Virus record (IMG/VR): IMGVR_UViG_3300033067_000471
Span: 1 to 38,089 of that record
Length of the DNA stretch: 38,089 bases
Reading direction: 5' to 3' (one strand)
Source: a virus
Taxonomy: Duplodnaviria > Caudoviricetes
Shown: positions 18,208 to 25,517 of the stretch, in pieces
Layout: each line of letters opens with the position of its first letter
How positions within the stretch are numbered: position 1 is the first letter of the stretch
Translations under genes and position numbers: made by a program
Notes under the pieces: model-generated
What the model was told of the DNA's origin: nothing
Database searches by the model: none
What the model saw: only the letters and a program-made list of their open reading frames with translations

Positions 18208-18243
18208 GGGGTCAGCCTAGCAAAATAAAATTGCTAAGGTCAA
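18208..18243 (-). promoter_or_regulatory. Sigma70-type promoter, probably leaderless, with palindromic spacer
   Basis: TTGACC-18 nt-TAGGCT-6 nt-ATG(18207); TAGCAA-N7-TTGCTA inverted repeat across the spacer. Confidence 0.6.
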
Positions 18244-18358
18244 GTCTTGGTCTAGTACACTTCTTTTAGTCTCGCATTAGTGTTGCATTTAGTAGAACGA
18301 AAGTCAATAGCTCAATTTTGACGCGGTCTTACTTTAACATTACGCTAGGTTATTCTTT

Positions 18359-18371
18359 CAAGCTATTGATA
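18359..18371 (-). promoter_or_regulatory. IHF consensus site
   Basis: CAAGCTATTGATA is the reverse complement of WATCAANNNNTTR. Confidence 0.4.
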
Positions 18372-18447
18372 TTATTGATTTATAGCAAAAACCACTGAAA
18401 CTACGCTGATTCCCCAAGAGTCCTAAAGATTTTACATGTTTTATACC

Positions 18448-18718
18448 TAATTGTAACAATAACTAGTACAATTCAATAGTATATAACGTATTTACTTTTA
18501 TCAACTTTAATACTCTCTGATAATTACATATAATGTTGTAATGTTATTGATATCATTGAATAAAATTGCACTTTTGCTCAATAAATAGAGTGGTTTATTA
18601 CACTCAATATAGTAGTTTTTATTATTTATCCACATTGACCAGCTATTTTTGAGCGTATATATTTATTAGTAGTTGTCTTCAATAAGTTCTACACCAGTAA
18701 CAATTATTGTTACAATTA
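18448..18718. repeat. 15-bp perfect inverted repeat with operator-like palindromic arms
   Basis: TAATTGTAACAATAA (18448-18462) and TTATTGTTACAATTA (18704-18718); imperfect extension to about 30 bp. Confidence 0.7.
18626..18663 (+). promoter_or_regulatory. Rightward promoter with a DnaA box abutting the -35
   Basis: TTATCCACA (18626-18634) then TTGACC-17 nt-TATATT. Confidence 0.6.
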
Positions 18719-18728
18719 AGGATATAAT

Positions 18729-19025
18729 ATGACCGAAAAGACCCTAAAACAAAGAATTAAAAGACAAAAGCAATACGAAAAAGAACTTGATTTGGTTATT
18801 AAGCAACTAATTTATGTACGTTTTGACATGATTAAGTCTAATATTTTAGCCGATAGAACTGGTTTGAGTGTGGCTAAATGTGGTCGTCTGTTAAGTATTT
18901 TTGGGTATAGTTATAAAAATATAAGAGAGGGTAATAAAGTTGTTAAATTCTTTTATCACCCTTATTCTGAGCACTATAATGCTGGCATTCCAATAGGTTT
19001 TGATAGTTTTGGGGCTAAAACATGA
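18729..19025 (+). CDS. Putative winged-helix DNA-binding protein
   Basis: LADRTGLSVAKCGRLLSIFGY..KNIREGNKVVKFFY has a helix-turn-helix plus beta-hairpin pattern. Confidence 0.55.
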   Translation: MTEKTLKQRIKRQKQYEKELDLVIKQLIYVRFDMIKSNILADRTGLSVAKCGRLLSIFGYSYKNIREGNKVVKFFYHPYSEHYNAGIPIGFDSFGAKT

Positions 19026-19234
19026 AAAGAATAAGTTTAGATTCTGAAATAATAATCCCCACCGAGGCACAGCTAGTAAGTCGCGAGTACGACCTTTTAA
19101 TGCGTAATTTAGGCTATTATAAGGTATTGAACCAATTAAAAGGCTGGGTTTATGTTAAAAAAGAGCATAAATACGTTAAAAATCTTAATATTGTAGAGAT
19201 TAATCTTACATTTAAGGGTATAAAACGTCGTTAA
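19022..19234 (+). CDS. Small protein with partial winged-helix-like motif
   Basis: LMRNLGY...KGWVY; ATGA overlap. Confidence 0.5.
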   Translation: MKRISLDSEIIIPTEAQLVSREYDLLMRNLGYYKVLNQLKGWVYVKKEHKYVKNLNIVEINLTFKGIKRR

Positions 19235-19278
19235 ATATACCAAAACAGAGAATAATCAAAATAAAAGTAAATAGGGTA

Positions 19279-19307
19279 TTGACTTATTAATCTAGATAGC
19301 CGATACT
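19279..19307 (+). promoter_or_regulatory. Early promoter
   Basis: TTGACT-17 nt-GATACT with A-rich upstream sequence, then GGGAGAG RBS and ATG 19341. Confidence 0.65.
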
Positions 19308-19340
19308 TATATCAAGTCGCAGATGCGCAAGGGAGAGAAT

Positions 19341-19490
19341 ATGGCAGAACAAATCAGAGCTGAAAAGCTCGCAAAACTAAAAGCATTAAGACAAGAAGCA
19401 ATCAACCAAGGTAATATCTTTATGGCTAATCGTATCGGTGGCTGGATAAATGCTTTTATCTTATTAGTACCGAAAGAAAGAGGGTTTTAA
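19341..19490 (+). CDS. Small early protein, 49 aa
   Basis: Below cutoff; strong RBS; MAEQIRAEKLAKLKALRQEA...ERGF; abuts next gene. Confidence 0.7.
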   Translation: MAEQIRAEKLAKLKALRQEAINQGNIFMANRIGGWINAFILLVPKERGF

Positions 19491-20003
19491 ATGAAACAAT
19501 CAGTAAAACTAACTAACGTCGAAAAGATCAATAAAGTTATAGGTCATAATCGCAGCTATATATCAGTTAGACAGGCTGACAGTGTTTTAAGCTCTGAGTA
19601 TCAAATTCAGGCCGTTGAATTTTTACTATCTACTAACACTATTTGCGACATCGTATTTAAAGGTGTTAGATCTTCAAGTTGGGACAATAATCGCAATGTT
19701 AATACCTACGACGTAACGCTTAAAAACTCTAAGCATAGTTATACTTTTGAGTTTTTCGATTCAATCAATAACACTGAGAAAGGCAAAAGTGCTGTATTAG
19801 ATTTTTATTCAGTCTTAGCTTGTATGGGTCATTACACGCCTGAAAGTTTCGATGAGTTTTGCTCTGATTATGGTTACACATTTGCTAATGAAACTGAATA
19901 CATCAAAGCTAAAACCACTCATTTAGCTTGTTTAGATCAAGATAAGAATTTGCGCAAGTTATTCACATCAGAACAATTAGAGAAATTACAGGAGATTAAC
20001 TAA
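19491..20003 (+). CDS. Phage early hypothetical protein
   Basis: 170 aa with SFDEFCSDYGY motif seen in phage early proteins. Confidence 0.7.
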   Translation: MKQSVKLTNVEKINKVIGHNRSYISVRQADSVLSSEYQIQAVEFLLSTNTICDIVFKGVRSSSWDNNRNVNTYDVTLKNSKHSYTFEFFDSINNTEKGKSAVLDFYSVLACMGHYTPESFDEFCSDYGYTFANETEYIKAKTTHLACLDQDKNLRKLFTSEQLEKLQEIN

Positions 20004-20004
20004 C

Positions 20005-20214
20005 ATGAGCACAAAACAAACGACGCAAAAAACACAGTCAGATATTAGAATGATAGAGGAATTAACCAGCACTCTCGAAAATCTCTACAACGCATGGAAA
20101 AAAGAAAATGAAGGTTGGGATAAACCAGTAGTTGCGCACGTAATTGCAAAAGCTAAGAAGCATCAGCAATTTGACATTGATGAAAAGAATGAGGCCCAAA
20201 ATGCCAACAACTAA
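20005..20214 (+). CDS. Hypothetical early protein
   Basis: AGGAG RBS; tightly packed. Confidence 0.65.
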   Translation: MSTKQTTQKTQSDIRMIEELTSTLENLYNAWKKENEGWDKPVVAHVIAKAKKHQQFDIDEKNEAQNANN

Positions 20215-20479
20215 AACACAAATCGAAGCAATACTAAAAGATCAGTTCAGAAATCCCGAAGTTGTAGAGTTTTGCACGAATGACTTTAAACCGAGATTAG
20301 ACGATCAAGGCGAGTGGTCTGGAGATTATACCTCATTAGCTAAACTTGACCTAAACGGATTCAATGGCACTGGCAATCTGCACGCTTACGGCGAAACTGC
20401 ACAAGAGCAATACTTTTTAGATATTAAATTTAAAAATGGTGAGTTAATCGGCTTTGAAGTTGAGGTTCAAGATGTCTAA
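20201..20479 (+). CDS. Hypothetical acidic early protein
   Basis: Start moved to ATG 20201 (GAGG RBS). Confidence 0.65.
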   Translation: MPTTKTQIEAILKDQFRNPEVVEFCTNDFKPRLDDQGEWSGDYTSLAKLDLNGFNGTGNLHAYGETAQEQYFLDIKFKNGELIGFEVEVQDV

Positions 20480-20681
20480 TTTAACAACTAAACCAACTAA
20501 GAAACCATGGAAGCTAAGCGGATTGCGTGACAATAGCTTTTCAGTCGGAGCAATTAATCACAAAGACGATTTAGAAATGGCTAACGATTTAGATTTTATG
20601 TTGGCCAATCCAGAACCTAAGAACCCAAACAAAAAGACACCTATGCAAAGAGCTATGGAAAAGGCGGCCTCTAATGTCTAA
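20472..20681 (+). CDS. Hypothetical early protein
   Basis: Start moved to ATG 20472 (GAGGT RBS). Confidence 0.6.
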   Translation: MSNLTTKPTKKPWKLSGLRDNSFSVGAINHKDDLEMANDLDFMLANPEPKNPNKKTPMQRAMEKAASNV

Positions 20682-20898
20682 ACCAGAAAGTAAAGCGATA
20701 GCGATATTTAAGACACGACCTGAAAACACTATTACAGTTATTAAGCACTATAATGAAACAGAAATAGTCGAAAGAGTTGTGAGCATTGGAGCGTTCGGAA
20801 TCAATATTCCAGATGATAGTTTAGACCAGCCAATTGCAGCTCTCGTAAAAATTCAAACAGATTTAAAAATACAGAAAATGTATGAGGTGAACCAATGA
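20674..20898 (+). CDS. Hypothetical early protein
   Basis: Overlapping start/stop packing. Confidence 0.6.
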   Translation: MSKPESKAIAIFKTRPENTITVIKHYNETEIVERVVSIGAFGINIPDDSLDQPIAALVKIQTDLKIQKMYEVNQ

Positions 20899-21215
20899 CC
20901 CCAGAAGATAAACCAGTGAGTACGGCGAATTGGAAGCACGCATTGACTGAGGGATTAGATTTTAGAAAGCCTAATGAATACGACGCTAAAGATCGCATGA
21001 TTATTGATTCAGAGGGTAATTGCGTTGGTATAATTTGGGAATATGAAGGTCGTGAAAAAACCAACGCCGAGTTAATCGTGAGAGCCGTTAATTGCCACGA
21101 GCGATTGATTGAAAAATGCGAGCAAATGAAGACTGCACTCATGCGACTAGAATCAATTACACCAGAATATCAAATAGAAGTTAATCAACTATTGAAAGAG
21201 GCCAAAGGTGAGTAA
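20895..21215 (+). CDS. Hypothetical early protein
   Basis: GAGGTG RBS; NAELIVRAVNCHERL motif. Confidence 0.7.
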   Translation: MTPEDKPVSTANWKHALTEGLDFRKPNEYDAKDRMIIDSEGNCVGIIWEYEGREKTNAELIVRAVNCHERLIEKCEQMKTALMRLESITPEYQIEVNQLLKEAKGE

Positions 21216-21504
21216 TTCAGAAGTGAAGCCGAGAGCACATGAAGTATGGATACACAAATCAACTTGCGGCTGGAAAAGCGCAAAACCAGACCCAGATTTT
21301 GGTGAGGTAGAAGAAGAATACACTCATTACATAGAGGTCACGCCAGCCGTAAAGCTCGCCGTTGAGAACTTTGAGGCGGTGGTTAAGGCGTTAGATTTAG
21401 TTTTCTTTGCATACAATCAAAGTTGTCAATTAACAGACCCAAACCATGTTTATGAACTATTAGAAAAGACAAAGTGCTCTATAAACGCAGAGTCAGAGGG
21501 GTAA
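21208..21504 (+). CDS. Hypothetical early protein
   Basis: GTG start with GAGG RBS; KLAVENFEAVVKAL motif. Confidence 0.6.
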   Translation: MSNSEVKPRAHEVWIHKSTCGWKSAKPDPDFGEVEEEYTHYIEVTPAVKLAVENFEAVVKALDLVFFAYNQSCQLTDPNHVYELLEKTKCSINAESEG

Positions 21505-21507
21505 GAA

Positions 21508-21699
21508 ATGTGGCCACATAAACCAAGACCAATAATTTATTTGTACTCATATATCTGCAAGAAAACAGGAGTAGTTCTAGAGACAAGGCGTATTCAATCG
21601 CAATATTGGTGGGCTAAACAAGCTGGAGATATTTGCGAGAACAAACATTCTAGTTATGAATACAACACCAGATATGATGGGGTTTTAAATGGCAACTAA
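21508..21699 (+). CDS. Hypothetical early protein
   Basis: GAGGGG RBS; packed between neighbours. Confidence 0.55.
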   Translation: MWPHKPRPIIYLYSYICKKTGVVLETRRIQSQYWWAKQAGDICENKHSSYEYNTRYDGVLNGN

Positions 21700-21922
21700 C
21701 CCGAATGATAAACTTAAAAAAGAATTAAAAGCCGTCAAAAAATTACTAGGCAGTAGATTTGAACAAAACAAAAAATATGTCCTATTTACTTATGAGTATG
21801 ATTTGAAAAAATCTAAAGAGCGATTTTTAAACAAACTTCATGATCTAGGGCTGTCTAGAGGACAAGCGTCTTACTACGCTAAAAAGGTAGAAAAAAAGTT
21901 TAGTAAAGAGGTTAAGCCATGA
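21689..21922 (+). CDS. Basic hypothetical protein
   Basis: Lys-rich 77 aa, overlapping neighbours. Confidence 0.6.
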   Translation: MATNPNDKLKKELKAVKKLLGSRFEQNKKYVLFTYEYDLKKSKERFLNKLHDLGLSRGQASYYAKKVEKKFSKEVKP

Positions 21923-22182
21923 GTGAGAAGTACAGTATAGTTAAAAGTGGCGATGTTAATTATTGGATTCGCATGGACGACAAAATAAGATTTCAGACTG
22001 TCGGTGCAGATGATGAGAAAAACGCGAAGTTATTAGTTAAAGCCCTCACAGCCTACGAGCTGCTTCCGAGTGTAGTTGAGGATTTAGAAAAGGTCTTATT
22101 ATATGTACACAAAGAGCATTTAATGGAAGATCAAGCAATAGATTTTGAGCAGATAATCGCCAAGCTTAAGGGGTTGTTATGA
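21919..22182 (+). CDS. Hypothetical early protein
   Basis: GAGGT RBS; NAKLLVKALTAYELL motif. Confidence 0.65.
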   Translation: MSEKYSIVKSGDVNYWIRMDDKIRFQTVGADDEKNAKLLVKALTAYELLPSVVEDLEKVLLYVHKEHLMEDQAIDFEQIIAKLKGLL

Positions 22183-22406
22183 AAGGCGTGACACTTGAGT
22201 TAAATGATTTAGGCAAGAAACATCTTAAAGACTGTTTAAAAAAGCTTTTAAGACCTAACACAAAAACATTTCAAGAAATGCTTGATAAGGCCAATTTAAA
22301 TATTGAGTATGACGATAACTTTTTAGTCATTAGTATGCTTTATACTAAATCTGGAAGATCTGAAATAATTGATTTTAATCCAAGTCATTTGAAATTTAAG
22401 GAGTAG
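22179..22406 (+). CDS. Hypothetical early protein
   Basis: ATGA overlap; AAGGGG RBS. Confidence 0.6.
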   Translation: MKGVTLELNDLGKKHLKDCLKKLLRPNTKTFQEMLDKANLNIEYDDNFLVISMLYTKSGRSEIIDFNPSHLKFKE

Positions 22407-22411
22407 TGAAC

Positions 22412-22879
22412 ATGAAAAAACTAATAATATTATTGATCGCCATACCATTATTTTATCTAGGTTGCTGTCAACCAAAACCTACAGGTCAGCCCGATTATGC
22501 ATTAGCCGAAAGTCTTAAAGCTAGGTTAAATACTGACCTTAATCAATGTGGCCTAAAACCTCTTAATCTTAGCAAGGTTGAGTTGTATTTCACACCGAGT
22601 AGTTTCATCAGTAACCAAGGAAACTTAGCAAATGGTGAGTGTATTGTGTTTATAGGTGCTAACAACAAGATAAGTCTAAGAACTGAATACCCAGAGATTA
22701 AAGACGTTCAATTATACGTTAATTTTGTCCATGAGGTTGTTCATTGCCAGTTAGGGTTTTCAGGCCATGACGACACTCACATAAACCTGATGCAATCGAC
22801 CGCAAATCGTGGGCTTGTGGATTATTTTTACCTTAATCACCCTAAAAAATGTGAGTTTTTAAGTGAATATTTCAAGTAA
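22412..22879 (+). CDS. Predicted lipoprotein zinc metallopeptidase (metzincin-like)
   Basis: AAGGAG RBS; MKKLIILLIAIPLFYLGC lipobox-like signal; HEVVHCQLGFSGH followed by LM (possible Met-turn). Confidence 0.7.
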   Translation: MKKLIILLIAIPLFYLGCCQPKPTGQPDYALAESLKARLNTDLNQCGLKPLNLSKVELYFTPSSFISNQGNLANGECIVFIGANNKISLRTEYPEIKDVQLYVNFVHEVVHCQLGFSGHDDTHINLMQSTANRGLVDYFYLNHPKKCEFLSEYFK

Positions 22880-23132
22880 TTTACCAATAGGGCTAAAAGT
22901 TGAGACTGAGAAAGTTTGCCCTTTAGAGGCATTCTTCAAAAAAGCTGAGAGCTTAATCAATAATGAAACCGAAAAAATGCGTTTTACTTTCAGAAGTTGT
23001 GAAAATGTAAGATTGTCTTACTTGCCTTTTGAAGTTCAGAAAATAGCTGTAACTCTTAAGATTGATGAGTCGGCCATAAGTGGATTAACTGGCGTTAAGA
23101 AAAAAACAATGATTATAAAAAGGACAAAATAA
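22863..23132 (+). CDS. Hypothetical protein
   Basis: 89 aa ORF filling the operon gap. Confidence 0.5.
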   Translation: MNISSNLPIGLKVETEKVCPLEAFFKKAESLINNETEKMRFTFRSCENVRLSYLPFEVQKIAVTLKIDESAISGLTGVKKKTMIIKRTK

Positions 23133-23396
23133 ATGAAAGAAATAGATGCACACAATAGAAAACTAGCGGCTGACTATGAAAAGAACTTGGCGCCAGTTGT
23201 TGACGAGCCAGTTTTTAGTGAGAGGTTGCGCTTAGAGTTGATAGCAATTCGTAAAGCTAGCGGTTTGAACCTAGAACAATTTGCTTATGCTTGCGGCCTT
23301 GGCAGTAAACAACATGTATGGGGCGTTGAAAATGGCGCTGGCATTACTATGGAGTACATTGACAAAGTTGACAGGACTTTTGGGGTTTGGAGATAG
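23133..23396 (+). CDS. XRE-family helix-turn-helix regulator
   Basis: LIAIRKASGLNLEQFAYACGLGSKQHVWGVENG. Confidence 0.8.
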   Translation: MKEIDAHNRKLAADYEKNLAPVVDEPVFSERLRLELIAIRKASGLNLEQFAYACGLGSKQHVWGVENGAGITMEYIDKVDRTFGVWR

Positions 23397-23409
23397 CCCC
23401 TTTCGGGGC
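23396..23409. terminator. Hairpin between convergent units, likely terminator
   Basis: GCCCC-TTTC-GGGGC between the XRE stop and the recT stop; weak U-tracts. Confidence 0.55.
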
Positions 23410-23416
23410 GTATATT

Positions 23417-24241
23417 TTAGATCGGCATTTCATCATCAGACAAAGTTTCAGTTTCGGCCTCGGGTTCAACCTCGGGGCTTTTTTCTTCTGTTTTCGCCTT
23501 GGCCGCTGATTTTACAATCTTATCTAGGCGGCTCTCGGTTTCTTCCGCTGGCGTTTTTTGAGTTGGTTCAAATTCGTAATCATCATTATCTGACGCAAAA
23601 ACTTGATCCAAATCAGTGCTTGAAGGCATTTTTTTAGATATGCGACGAATAGAAGTCTTAAGCCACATTTGATCCCAGAAAGCGCCATTCCAAGGTGAGT
23701 ACTGAGATTTTGCAGACTTCGAGCTGGCTTTAACCGCTTCAACTTGCGCTTTTGTCATAACATCAATGTACTGACCACCATCTTTAGTAAGTCCTAAGCT
23801 GAAAACTCCAATAGCTTCACCTCTGTCAGAGAACATGTTAGGTTCAAACTCTAAATGCTCACCAGTTTCATCAAAAAAATATCTAAATTTATCGTTTTTA
23901 TAGATAATTTGAGACTGAATCGACTTCAATTCACCCGAATTTCTCATCTTTTTAAGGATTCCTGCAAACATCGGTTGGTACTGGGCTTTATCTCCGTAAG
24001 TTACAATCGCAGCTTCTCTTCCATCTGGCAAAAGACCATCGGCAGCAGCTTTTAACATTGATGCAAACAAAGTGTTTTTATCTGCCTTAACTAAGTCTGG
24101 ATTACCTGATAAAGCTGTCATCACTACTCGGTTGAACTTTTCAACTGATACATGCGCAGGAAGTGCTGCTTTGATTTGTGTTTTCATCGCGTCTGATGAG
24201 ATAACCTGTTTTAGTTGGTCAATAGGTGTTAAATTAGACAT
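23417..24241 (-). CDS. recT: RecT-family single-strand annealing protein
   Basis: QIKAALP.HVS.EKF, AAADGLLPDGREA, RNSGE, SPW...W.QMWLKT.IRR motifs; acidic tail. Confidence 0.9.
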   Translation of the reverse strand: MSNLTPIDQLKQVISSDAMKTQIKAALPAHVSVEKFNRVVMTALSGNPDLVKADKNTLFASMLKAAADGLLPDGREAAIVTYGDKAQYQPMFAGILKKMRNSGELKSIQSQIIYKNDKFRYFFDETGEHLEFEPNMFSDRGEAIGVFSLGLTKDGGQYIDVMTKAQVEAVKASSKSAKSQYSPWNGAFWDQMWLKTSIRRISKKMPSSTDLDQVFASDNDDYEFEPTQKTPAEETESRLDKIVKSAAKAKTEEKSPEVEPEAETETLSDDEMPI

Positions 24242-24458
24242 TGATATCTACTCCTGTTGTTGGTGCTGTGTTCCAACTTTTAACTGTATAAATCGTGTTG
24301 TTAGTTTCTACTATATCTCGATTAATGTGAACGTCTACTACAGGCGAAGTGGCAATTTCTGCTCCATCTGCAATAGTTGGATGTCCATACACAGTCCCAA
24401 ATAGTCTGTTATTAATAATTTGCGCGTTTTCAATAGTTGCTGTTTGTTTAGTTTCCAT
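24234..24458 (-). CDS. Hypothetical protein
   Basis: LFGTVYGHP...DG.EI.TS.V....VETNNT.Y pattern of a common small phage family. Confidence 0.7.
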   Translation of the reverse strand: METKQTATIENAQIINNRLFGTVYGHPTIADGAEIATSPVVDVHINRDIVETNNTIYTVKSWNTAPTTGVDINV

Positions 24459-24594
24459 TTTTCTTTCTACCTTTCTTTTTCTTAGCTGCTGACAAAGCGA
24501 TTGCTACTGCTTGAGCTTGTGGACGACCAGCCGCAATTTCTTTCTTAATATTAGCTGCGATTGTTTTCTTGGAACTTCCTTTTTTTAGTGGCAT
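24448..24594 (-). CDS. Small basic phage protein (MPLKKG family), 48 aa
   Basis: Below cutoff; MPLKKGSSKKTIAANIKKEIAAGRPQAQAVAIALSAAKKKKGRKKNGN; GAGGA RBS and TAATG overlap. Confidence 0.8.
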   Translation of the reverse strand: MPLKKGSSKKTIAANIKKEIAAGRPQAQAVAIALSAAKKKKGRKKNGN

Positions 24595-24812
24595 TACTTT
24601 AATCCTCTCTTATTAATTTCTTTTGCTACAAAATCTAATTGTTTTAATGTTTTTTGACCTTGAACTGTTAAAGCTAGAAAAAACTTCTTAAGTTTCTTAT
24701 CTGAAAGTTTTGCTAGGAAATCTGCATCTTTCATTTGTTCGTATTTTTCAAGGCTATCGGCAGCTTGATCGTATTCTTTTTTGTTCCACCAGTTTTTTAA
24801 CCAAGTTATCAT
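24594..24812 (-). CDS. Hypothetical protein
   Basis: 72 aa with overlaps at both ends. Confidence 0.6.
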   Translation of the reverse strand: MITWLKNWWNKKEYDQAADSLEKYEQMKDADFLAKLSDKKLKKFFLALTVQGQKTLKQLDFVAKEINKRGLK

Positions 24813-25228
24813 TTTACCGCCAATACTAAAAGAACTAAAGCAATGCCTGCCAAAAAAGGGACTAAAGATTCTCTTTTTATTAATAAACCATAGAAAGGCT
24901 CTTGCGGTTTTTCCGCTAACTTATCAAATATAGTTGTGGTATCTCCGTTTAAGTTATGGATTTTTGCTTTGTGTTCGTTAAGTATCTCAGCGACGAATCC
25001 GACCTGCTTTGAAATTCTATTTAGCTCCGTCCATATCTTTTTTTCCGCTTCAAAACTGATTTTAGTTCCACTTTCTTTTGTTTTCACTTTCTTCTTTCTC
25101 ATCATCCCTCCTTGTTGGGTTTTGTTAAATTCTTTTAATGTCATTAATCGTTCTAATTTTGCATGATCTTTTCCATACATGAGATCTTTCTGCATCGTCA
25201 TCGCTAGTTTATCTGCTACTGTGATCAT
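24809..25228 (-). CDS. Coiled-coil protein with C-terminal transmembrane segment; internal start at 25105/25102
   Basis: GAGGT RBS before ATG 25228; AAGGAGG before in-frame ATGATG; LVPFLAGIALVLLVLAV tail. Confidence 0.6.
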   Translation of the reverse strand: MITVADKLAMTMQKDLMYGKDHAKLERLMTLKEFNKTQQGGMMRKKKVKTKESGTKISFEAEKKIWTELNRISKQVGFVAEILNEHKAKIHNLNGDTTTIFDKLAEKPQEPFYGLLIKRESLVPFLAGIALVLLVLAVK

Positions 25229-25229
25229 T

Positions 25230-25517
25230 TTAATCAACCTCATCGGCTAAATCTTCATCCCAATTCTTCATCTTTCTTGCAACCCTGTAAAGTTGTTTCC
25301 ATATATCAGAAAAAATCAAAGCATCGTTTAAACCGCAAAAATGAGCTAAATTAGTTCCATCGTTAGGATAATATTTAACATTAGCGCAAGAATCCCACTT
25401 AATTGTACCTTCAAGCATTAATTCTTCGTCATTATTATTAAAAACTTGAAAATCATAGAAATAATCTTGCAACTCATATTTAATTGTGAATTTTTCTTTA
25501 GTTAGAATTTGTTGCAT
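25230..25517 (-). CDS. Hypothetical protein
   Basis: GGGGAG RBS; LEGTIKWDSC.N...HFCG motif. Confidence 0.65.
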   Translation of the reverse strand: MQQILTKEKFTIKYELQDYFYDFQVFNNNDEELMLEGTIKWDSCANVKYYPNDGTNLAHFCGLNDALIFSDIWKQLYRVARKMKNWDEDLADEVD

